Source of the DNA: a virus
Taxonomy: Duplodnaviria; Caudoviricetes
Virus record (IMG/VR): IMGVR_UViG_3300027668_000020
Span: 1 to 58,206 of that record
Length of the DNA stretch: 58,206 bases
Direction: 5' to 3' (one strand)
A program made the translations under genes and the position numbers. The notes under the pieces were generated by a model. It worked only from the letters and a program-made list of their open reading frames with translations, searched no databases and had not been told where the DNA came from. Of this stretch, positions 37,630-44,266 are shown piece by piece. Positions within the stretch are counted from its first letter, which is position 1, and every line of letters starts with the position of its first letter.

Positions 37630-37768
37630 TGCATTTCTCCTGTGTAGGGACATTCCCTACCATCTTGTGTACGTCTACCAACAACAGCCTAGCTTGCTTG
37701 CGCTCTCGTTTGGTAATGAGGCGGGTAAGGTAACCCCGCGTTGATCGTGTCTGGCGACTGTCTCTCAT
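37613..37768 (-). CDS. 51-aa basic peptide (not in ORF track)
   Basis: ATGA overlap with the AAA stop; MRDSRQTRSTRGYLTRL...VGNVPTQEK... Confidence 0.45.
   Translation of the reverse strand: MRDSRQTRSTRGYLTRLITKRERKQARLLLVDVHKMVGNVPTQEKCNVTKQ
37644..37660. repeat. palindrome copy 4
   Basis: GTAGGGA-CAT-TCCCTAC, 2-3 nt from the vWA gene RBS. Confidence 0.95.
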
Positions 37769-38862
37769 TTCTTGTCACTTGAGAACATGTACCCGTTATT
37801 CCTACACCAATCAGTAAACCTGCTGTTACTCATAACAGCGTTGCGGTGAGGATACTTGGCGTGTCGCGCACCATGTACAAACAGACCTTGCGCTTCTGTA
37901 TCTAGACGTGCCATGTATATCATCCAAGCATCTACCCATTCGCGGTTCATAGATTGTAGGGATCGATACACCACCATACATACAGTGGCGTCTTTCGAGG
38001 GTATTGTGGCGTTGTGAGGGTCATCCTTAATAGATTGTAGACTAGGTAAGTCATCACCGAGCTTTACGAATGCCATAAGAGCCTTGGCACCGGACGCACC
38101 AATAGTACCTATGAGGGCATTGGTCAGTAGGTCATCATCTAAATGCTCACGCTCCAACAGAATATCCGATGCCGCGTGTAGGGATCGAGGCGTTACAAAC
38201 TGACTACCGGATGGTGCCTGTGGGTGGTATATGTACGGGTTGTCATCAGGGTTCTGCACATCAGAGAATGATTGAAACAGTGCAGGGTTGTCCTTAGCCC
38301 AGCCACACAGTACAGGGTCTAGCCCATTGGGTATCGCAAAGTTAGCCAGCCATTCCATGTTAGCTTGCTTCTTGAGTCGTAACCTAGTGACGCGGTTACA
38401 GGCATGGGCAGGTAGTGTGTCACCTAGATTCTCTGCACCTAGGTTAGAGGTAGCGAACACTATAGACTCAGGGTGTAGCGTGTAATCACCTATCTTACGC
38501 TCCAACATCAGGCGCAGTAGCCCATTGAGTATCTCGCGCTCTGCCTTACCGACCTCATCGATCATCAGTATCAGCTTGACGCCTAGGTGTACACCCAGTT
38601 CTTCGTTGGTCAGGTACTTGACGTAGCCTGTGCCATCGTCCATATGTTGTATCTTAGGTATAGTTATATCGCCCGGAACCTTGGTCGTACAGTCAAAGTA
38701 ACAGAGTATATGATCAGGATGCTTCTCACCTATAGCTGCTAGTGCGGACGATTTGCCCTCACCCATGTCACCTTCCATCACTACGGTGCGCTTGTGCCCT
38801 ATCCTTGAGATTAGAGTCACGGCTTGGGGTATAGTCGATGCGTATATATGTTCTGCGTTCAT
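37765..38862 (-). CDS. MoxR-like AAA+ ATPase
   Basis: Walker A GDMGEGKS, Walker B LMIDE, ATSN, NR and TPRS motifs; adjacent to the vWA gene. Confidence 0.88.
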   Translation of the reverse strand: MNAEHIYASTIPQAVTLISRIGHKRTVVMEGDMGEGKSSALAAIGEKHPDHILCYFDCTTKVPGDITIPKIQHMDDGTGYVKYLTNEELGVHLGVKLILMIDEVGKAEREILNGLLRLMLERKIGDYTLHPESIVFATSNLGAENLGDTLPAHACNRVTRLRLKKQANMEWLANFAIPNGLDPVLCGWAKDNPALFQSFSDVQNPDDNPYIYHPQAPSGSQFVTPRSLHAASDILLEREHLDDDLLTNALIGTIGASGAKALMAFVKLGDDLPSLQSIKDDPHNATIPSKDATVCMVVYRSLQSMNREWVDAWMIYMARLDTEAQGLFVHGARHAKYPHRNAVMSNSRFTDWCRNNGYMFSSDKK

Positions 38863-38869
38863 GTTATTT

Positions 38870-38896
38870 CTCCGAGTTGGTAGGGGATGTCCCTAC
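38870..38896 (-). repeat. palindrome copy 5 with CTCCGAGTTG flank
   Basis: CTCCGAGTTG GTAGGGG-ATG-TCCCTAC fills the 36-bp intergenic gap. Confidence 0.95.
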
Positions 38897-38898
38897 GG

Positions 38899-39837
38899 TT
38901 ATAGGTCAAGTGAAGGTAAGTTAGCGATAACGTCATCTATAGACGCTTTGGTTTCGGCACGCAGGGTGGGGGATGTTCTTAGTCCGTCTGCGGTAACACC
39001 ACGAACAGAGTCTTCTAGACTCCTGCGTATCGCCTCCTGCTTACTGTCTCCTGTCACGTTGCACGACTTTAGTAGGTCGATAACATCTAGCACGTTGTCT
39101 ACCAGACTACCCTTGAACACTAGGGCACCTGTCGAAGGCGATACGTACTCACCTGCTTCTGGTTCACGTAGTCGCTCAGACATATTGGACACAGCTACGT
39201 GTACACGTTTCCACATGCTGTTCATAGCCCCGTCAAATCTGGCGTTGTGGTACTTGTTCATGTGGTCTTTGAGTACCTGCGTCTGCTCGTTACCCACGCT
39301 AATGCGGAAGTCGTTTGGGTCAGAGATAGAGAAGTATGCTATCCGAAACTCAAACTTGTCTGCTAGGGACTCAGTAGTCGGGTAGTCCGCTGCGTTGTGC
39401 AAGTCACCCAGTCGTGCATTCTCTTGAGCGCGATCCCAGTCGTACGCTCCAAGGAACTCTCCTTTCAATCGGTAGAACTCCCCCTGCATATCGGTCATCA
39501 ACTCGTTGTACTTGAAATACGTTTCAGTAGGTAACATACGATGCCCCATGTCATTCCAAGGTAGGGTCATTGCGTAGTGTAGGTTGCGTGCGTTACTCGC
39601 TAGAGTATGAAGTGCCTTGAGAGAAGCACTATCACCCAGTAACACCTTACCGACTGTCGCGGTATCCTTGTTAGCGTTGTTGTCCACTACCACCTTGGCG
39701 GATGCCGCCTTGTCTTTCTTGGTATTTCTGCCCCACTTGCTGCACGTATGCTCTACTAGCATGGCAGACGAACTGATTGAGGGAAGGCTTATCTCTGGTG
39801 CTTCGTTTAGGTTTGATGCTTCGTTTAAGTTAGTCAT
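38899..39837 (-). CDS. early helical protein (possibly DUF3150-like)
   Basis: TLPW...G.R.LP and DYP motifs; upstream of the AAA-vWA pair. GGAG RBS favours ATG 39837. Confidence 0.65.
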   Translation of the reverse strand: MTNLNEASNLNEAPEISLPSISSSAMLVEHTCSKWGRNTKKDKAASAKVVVDNNANKDTATVGKVLLGDSASLKALHTLASNARNLHYAMTLPWNDMGHRMLPTETYFKYNELMTDMQGEFYRLKGEFLGAYDWDRAQENARLGDLHNAADYPTTESLADKFEFRIAYFSISDPNDFRISVGNEQTQVLKDHMNKYHNARFDGAMNSMWKRVHVAVSNMSERLREPEAGEYVSPSTGALVFKGSLVDNVLDVIDLLKSCNVTGDSKQEAIRRSLEDSVRGVTADGLRTSPTLRAETKASIDDVIANLPSLDL

Positions 39838-39871
39838 GTTATTGCTCCGAGTTGGTAGGGACATTCCCTAC
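39831..39871 (-). repeat. palindrome copy 6 within a 41-bp repeat
   Basis: Matches 40230-40270 at 40 of 41 positions, including the RBS and start codon. Confidence 0.95.
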
Positions 39872-40030
39872 GATAGATGACGCGGCTGCGTCCGTTGATA
39901 TAAGGTATGCACATAGGCAGACCATAATGATTGCGCCAACAGTCAACCCGCGAAGGTAACTTCTTTGGCACTGCTTGTTTAGCAGGTAGGCATCTGCGGC
40001 ATTGATAGCCTCACGTTGTAGGTCGTCCAT
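39839..40030 (-). CDS. 63-aa early membrane protein
   Basis: TM segment GLTVGAIIMVCLCAYLI; the C-terminus is encoded by the repeat. Confidence 0.6.
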   Translation of the reverse strand: MDDLQREAINAADAYLLNKQCQRSYLRGLTVGAIIMVCLCAYLISTDAAASSIVGNVPTNSEQ

Positions 40031-40236
40031 TACTCACCCCCTAGTTCGACTATCATGCCGATCATCTGCTCGCGGTTAGTAGGGCATTCCCTACGGACTA
40101 GCCTATCGCGCCAGCTATCTCTGCCTTGTACTTCTCGCTCCTTGCGGTCAAACATATCTTTATGAAGCTCAAACATTTCACGTAGTTGTTCATCTATGCC
40201 TTGCGCTACAGTCTCTTGCTCTGTTGGTATAGTCAT
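40030..40236 (-). CDS. early hypothetical protein
   Basis: First gene after the strong promoter; GGAG RBS favours ATG 40236. Confidence 0.6.
   Translation of the reverse strand: MTIPTEQETVAQGIDEQLREMFELHKDMFDRKEREVQGRDSWRDRLVRRECPTNREQMIGMIVELGGE
40079..40094. repeat. palindrome copy 7 (degenerate, intragenic)
   Basis: GTAGGG-CAT-TCCCTAC with a degenerate flank TGCTCGCGGTTA. Confidence 0.85.
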
Positions 40237-40270
40237 GGTATTGCTCCGAGTTGGTAGGGACATTCCCTAC
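40230..40270 (-). repeat. palindrome copy 8 within the 41-bp repeat
   Basis: Core at 40254-40270. Confidence 0.95.
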
Positions 40271-40317
40271 AGTAAAAGTAAAGGGACACAGCGTCCCCGC
40301 CCCGTAATGGGATTACC

Positions 40318-40346
40318 AGTATAACACACCTAGCTAAACATGTCAA
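40318..40346 (-). promoter_or_regulatory. strong sigma70 early promoter
   Basis: TTGACA-N17-TATACT with an extended -10 TG. Confidence 0.85.
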
Positions 40347-40425
40347 GTTGTCTACTGTTATACCCAAACGTGACTAACGGTGTATTGTTACACATTGTTA
40401 CACATTGTTACGTAGGGTAGGCTTG

Positions 40426-40438
40426 TAAGTCCTTGATA
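40426..40438 (-). promoter_or_regulatory. IHF binding site
   Basis: TATCAAGGACTTA matches the WATCAANNNNTTR consensus exactly. Confidence 0.55.
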
Positions 40439-40646
40439 ACGCTCGAATGTTACAATGTTACGTTTTTGAGGGAAATATAGGGGGAAATAATTCGCTCTAA
40501 CCCCCTCGAACGAATTTGTCACAGTGTGTAGCTTCGCCAATAAGACCCTATATATATTCAAAAAAATGTCACAAAGTAATGTATATTAAAAAGACACATA
40601 ATTAATCACTTTTAGCTAGGTTTTTTTGGGCATAAGGCTTCACTGC

Positions 40647-40683
40647 CCGACACGATCCGACACGATCCGACACGTTCCGATAC
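40647..40683 (+). repeat. 10-bp tandem repeat CCGACACGAT (~3.7 copies)
   Basis: Read directly. Confidence 0.9.
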
Positions 40684-40752
40684 TGTGACATTTTTTTGTA
40701 ACATTGCATTACAAACACGTAACATTGCGGGGTAAAATGTAACATTGCTCTG

Positions 40753-40769
40753 GTAGGGACATTCCCTAC
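40753..40769. repeat. palindrome copy 9
   Basis: GTAGGGA-CAT-TCCCTAC at the right edge of the origin-like region, with no gene start next to it. Confidence 0.95.
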
Positions 40770-40776
40770 GTCTGAC

Positions 40777-40847
40777 GCTCAACGCTAACAAGGAACTGGT
40801 CTTGGATGGGCGTCTGCCTAGATGCTCAACGCTAACAAGGAACTGGT
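40777..40847 (+). repeat. 24-bp direct repeat GCTCAACGCTAACAAGGAACTGGT x2
   Basis: Copies at 40777-40800 and 40824-40847. Confidence 0.9.
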
Positions 40848-40871
40848 ATCCGATTCACTTTTTTACAGGCG

Positions 40872-40894
40872 AAAAAAAGCCCCTCGAAAGGGGC
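40872..40894 (-). terminator. intrinsic terminator
   Basis: GCCCCT-TTCG-AGGGGC followed by T7, just after the stop at 40900. Confidence 0.85.
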
Positions 40895-40899
40895 GGTGA

Positions 40900-41100
40900 T
40901 TATTGCCAGCTTAGAATGTGATCGATGATAGACTTAGGCGTGCCTAGCTTAGACTGTGCTAGATGGCGCTCTAGTCTAAGGTCAATCAATATGCTGTCAA
41001 TGGTATCGCTAGCGCGGCCAGACAATGTGAGATCGTTCTGGCATGCGTGAAGCGCGGTGATGGTATCCTCAATAAGTTTTATTTGTGTGGAAGGTTTCAT
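40900..41100 (-). CDS. immediate-early hypothetical protein
   Basis: 66 aa, GGAG RBS, terminator downstream. Confidence 0.65.
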   Translation of the reverse strand: MKPSTQIKLIEDTITALHACQNDLTLSGRASDTIDSILIDLRLERHLAQSKLGTPKSIIDHILSWQ

Positions 41101-41152
41101 AATATGTTACTCCAGTAGTGGGCCATCCGTGGCCCTGTTAGGTTAGGTTAGG

Positions 41153-41776
41153 TTAGTGTTTGGGTTCGGTAGGCTCGGCGGCCATTGCCGCTATCACGAG
41201 ACCTAGCGCATGGTATGAAGGGCCGCCCTCTTTTAGCTCCAGTTCATTGGCTATGTTCTCGAACTGTTTACCTAGCGTAGCGTAGGTAGTGCGTAGTCTA
41301 GTAAGCGCCTTTGTATCGTCGGCAATGTCCTTCTCATCGTCCGACATGTCCTCGCGTTTGGCTTTGTCCAGCCGCTTACCAACCGCGTTACGGGTATCCT
41401 TTAACCTAGATGCCGCCTGTTTTTTGGCGTTCATCACCGCGACCCGTTCGGGATTGGGTGAACCATCTGGCAGCTTGGTTGGCATGGTTGCAGGGTCTAT
41501 AGCGGCTAGCGCCCTAACCTCATCCGGTAGCATGGCGTCGTGCACCACTAGCATATCGGCGTATAGTTCGGGACTGGCTAGCGATCCCTCGGTGGTATTG
41601 CTTACCAGATATAGTAAGGTATTCTCGGGATAGGCTTTGCACAGTAGAGAGCATAACCTATCTAGGGAGGTGTCTTTATTGATGGCCGATTCAGTGCATA
41701 CAATATCGGCGGTAGAATATGCCAGCATAGCGTTGGCGACGGTCTTAGATAGTACGTTAAGAGTTAATGTAGTCAT
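41153..41776 (-). CDS. immediate-early hypothetical protein
   Basis: 207 aa helical protein, AGGA RBS; first gene of the - arm. Confidence 0.7.
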   Translation of the reverse strand: MTTLTLNVLSKTVANAMLAYSTADIVCTESAINKDTSLDRLCSLLCKAYPENTLLYLVSNTTEGSLASPELYADMLVVHDAMLPDEVRALAAIDPATMPTKLPDGSPNPERVAVMNAKKQAASRLKDTRNAVGKRLDKAKREDMSDDEKDIADDTKALTRLRTTYATLGKQFENIANELELKEGGPSYHALGLVIAAMAAEPTEPKH

Positions 41777-41803
41777 TGTAATTATTCCTATTAATGATAG
41801 ATG

Positions 41804-41819
41804 GTAGGGAATCCCCTAC
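41804..41819. repeat. palindrome copy 10 (16-bp variant)
   Basis: GTAGGGAATCCCCTAC in the leader of 41153..41776. Confidence 0.85.
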
Positions 41820-41856
41820 ATACACAGAGCAGCACCATTGCCGCTTTGATGGGTCT

Positions 41857-41865
41857 AGTATAACA
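41857..41865 (-). promoter_or_regulatory. extended -10 promoter
   Basis: TGTTATACT, the same 9-mer as in the 40318 promoter; poor -35. Confidence 0.5.
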
Positions 41866-42103
41866 GGTTTAGGTAGGTATGACGGTTCCCAGACCCTACC
41901 CGCCCCCCACCGCCCGCTTGCTATATATGGGACTCCACGCTTGTATGTATTACTAATCCACACGAATATTTTACTTTTTCTCGGATTCTGACCCCCACCC
42001 CCCTATTTGAGGCCGTACCCCCCATCCTTTTTTAAAATCCCTTGTAGAAAAAATTTTTTTCTGGTATATAGGTGTCTTCGGTTTAACAACCTGCGATTAC
42101 AAT

Positions 42104-42712
42104 ATGACTTTATCCCTCGATCCAGAGTTAGGTGTCCCGTTATCTGATGGGCCACGTAAGATAGATTTAACAAAGCGTACGAAAGCTGCGGCTAATACCG
42201 CGCTAGAATTGGCAGAGCACGGCCTAGATTTATTCCCTAACAAGGATGACAAGGACGTAGCCTCTAAGTTAGCTGCTTCCTATGCTGCTGACCCCGCCAA
42301 AACCTCTAAAACTGCAAGTGCTGCTCGGATGTCTACCCTGACTCCGGCTTCGATAGTACTTACAGACAAGATTCTTACCGAGTTTGGACGTTCCGTAGTA
42401 GAGAACTCCATGCACATTCGGCACCTAGTGACTAACAAGCTGATCCTAGAGACAGAAAACCCTGATCCTCGCACCCGAATCCGTGCTTTGGAGCTATTAG
42501 GTAAGATTTCTGACGTGGGGTTGTTTGCAGAGAAGTCAGAAATAACAATCACCCACCAATCTACAGACGATTTGAAGACTAAACTGCGTAGGAAACTAGA
42601 AAAGCTAGTCCCTGTGGAGGAAGAAGCCGAGGATGCAGTGTTCCTAGACGGGGAAGCACTGGATTTAGAGGAAGAATTAGGGTTGGGTGGTGAGTTCTAT
42701 GACGACGACTGA
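42104..42712 (+). CDS. terS: terminase small subunit (putative)
   Basis: Directly upstream of TerL; RIRALELLGKISDVGLF motif. Confidence 0.65.
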   Translation: MTLSLDPELGVPLSDGPRKIDLTKRTKAAANTALELAEHGLDLFPNKDDKDVASKLAASYAADPAKTSKTASAARMSTLTPASIVLTDKILTEFGRSVVENSMHIRHLVTNKLILETENPDPRTRIRALELLGKISDVGLFAEKSEITITHQSTDDLKTKLRRKLEKLVPVEEEAEDAVFLDGEALDLEEELGLGGEFYDDD

Positions 42713-44255
42713 GGCCGTTCCCGACTTTTCCGAGGAAGACATCCAGAAAATGTTGGATAACTTAGACTCTTTCTCTGAAGATGAGGTCATGGAGATAGAT
42801 AGGTTGGTAGATGAGCTATCGACTAGAAAACAGAACCAGCTATCCTACGACGACTTGATAGAATTTTGCAAGGCCATGATGCCTGACTTCATTGTGGGCA
42901 AGCACCACCGCATTTTGGCCGACCTACTCATGGAAATTGAGAGTGGAGTGAAGGATAGAGCCTGCGTAAACATCCCCCCACGTCACGGCAAGTCCCAATT
43001 GGTGTCTATTTTCTTCCCAGCGTGGTATTTAGGGCGTAATCCCAACAAGAAAGTGATGATGGTGTCGCACACAACCGACTTAGCGGTAGATTTTGGCCGT
43101 AAAGTACGTAATTTGATCTCTACACCCGAATACCTAGCCATATTTCCCACTGTAAAGCTAGCAAGTGACTCCAAATCAGCGGGGCGTTGGAATACTAGTG
43201 TAGGTGGAGAGTATTATGCGTGTGGTGTTGGTTCGGCACTAGCAGGTCGTGGTGCTGATCTACTGCTTGTAGACGACCCCCATTCAGAGCAAGACGTGAT
43301 TAACGGTAACTTCGCCGTATTTGAGAAGGCTTACGAGTGGTATACGTTCGGTGCTCGTACACGTCTGATGCCGGGGGGTAGTGTAGCTATTATCCAGACT
43401 AGATGGCACATGGACGACCTAACAGGGCGTGTTGTTAAGGACATGGCCCAGAACGAGCGATCTGACCAGTTTGAGGTCATAGAGTTCCCCGCTATACTAG
43501 AATTTGAGGACGAAGACGGGGAAATAGAAGAAAAACCTCTGTGGCCTGAGTTCTTCGACCTTGAGGCTCTGTTACGTACCAAGGCGTCTATGCCTACGTT
43601 CCAGTGGAATGCCCAGTACCAGCAACAGCCCACCGCCGAAGAAGCCTCTATAGTAAAAAGAGAGTGGTGGAAGTGGTGGGAGAAGGAGAATCCTCCCGCG
43701 TGTGAGTACATAATCATGTCACTCGATGCTGCGGCAGAAAAGCACAACCGAGCGGACTATACTGCACTGACTACTTGGGGAGTGTTTTTCAATGAGGAAG
43801 AAAACGCGTATAATATTATATTGCTTAATAGTATTAAGCAGCGTATAGAGTTCCATGAACTCAAAGAACTAGCGATGCAAGAGTACGCAGACTGGGAGCC
43901 AGACTCGTTTATTGTGGAGAAAAAGAGTTCTGGTGTGGCGCTATATCAAGAAATGAGACGTATGGGGCTACCTGTGTCTGAATATACTCCTCATAGGGGG
44001 TCTGGTGATAAACTAGCGCGTTTGAACGCGGTATCTGATATTGTAGCGTCTGGATTATGTTGGGTTCCGCAAACTCGATGGGCTGAAGAAGTCGTAGAAG
44101 AGATCGCGGGATTCCCGTTTATGAGCAACGATGACTTGGTGGACTCGACTGTAATGGCGTTAATGCGCTTCAGACAGGGCGGGTTTATAAGGTTACCTAC
44201 CGATGAGCCGGAAGAACAGAAGTACTTCAAGCGGCGAGCAACTGGGTATTATTAA
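42699..44255 (+). CDS. terL: terminase large subunit
   Basis: Walker A PPRHGKS, Walker B LLVDDP, QTRW, YQQQP, nuclease SLD and DDLVD motifs. Confidence 0.95.
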   Translation: MTTTEAVPDFSEEDIQKMLDNLDSFSEDEVMEIDRLVDELSTRKQNQLSYDDLIEFCKAMMPDFIVGKHHRILADLLMEIESGVKDRACVNIPPRHGKSQLVSIFFPAWYLGRNPNKKVMMVSHTTDLAVDFGRKVRNLISTPEYLAIFPTVKLASDSKSAGRWNTSVGGEYYACGVGSALAGRGADLLLVDDPHSEQDVINGNFAVFEKAYEWYTFGARTRLMPGGSVAIIQTRWHMDDLTGRVVKDMAQNERSDQFEVIEFPAILEFEDEDGEIEEKPLWPEFFDLEALLRTKASMPTFQWNAQYQQQPTAEEASIVKREWWKWWEKENPPACEYIIMSLDAAAEKHNRADYTALTTWGVFFNEEENAYNIILLNSIKQRIEFHELKELAMQEYADWEPDSFIVEKKSSGVALYQEMRRMGLPVSEYTPHRGSGDKLARLNAVSDIVASGLCWVPQTRWAEEVVEEIAGFPFMSNDDLVDSTVMALMRFRQGGFIRLPTDEPEEQKYFKRRATGYY

Positions 44256-44266
44256 GAGGTTAGATA

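Larger units (their letters stand above)
40384..40748. other. putative replication origin (inverted iteron arrays around an AT-rich core)
   Basis: Five (A/T)TGTTAC on the left, three GTAACATTGC on the right, AT-rich 40547-40630, no ORF. Confidence 0.55.

Noticed and set aside
37630-40263. ORF-track starts MSLHRR / MSLPTRSN at 37653, 39864 and 40263
   Set aside because: These ATGs lie in the palindrome loop without a clear SD. SD-supported starts are 24-27 nt downstream.
41137-41156. (GTTAG)4 telomere-like repeat
   Set aside because: Only 20 bp, overlapping a stop codon. A simple microsatellite with no supporting context.
34217-41819. Palindromic repeats as a CRISPR array, with 30305..30976 as Cas4
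   Set aside because: Spacing is irregular (175-1600 bp) with whole genes between copies. No cas1/cas2 is present, and Cas4-like nucleases are routine in phage replication modules.
41794-41991. 65-aa + strand ORF MIDGRESPT
   Set aside because: It overlaps the promoter and C-run region and has no SD. The match to the vWA linker comes from the shared DNA palindrome.
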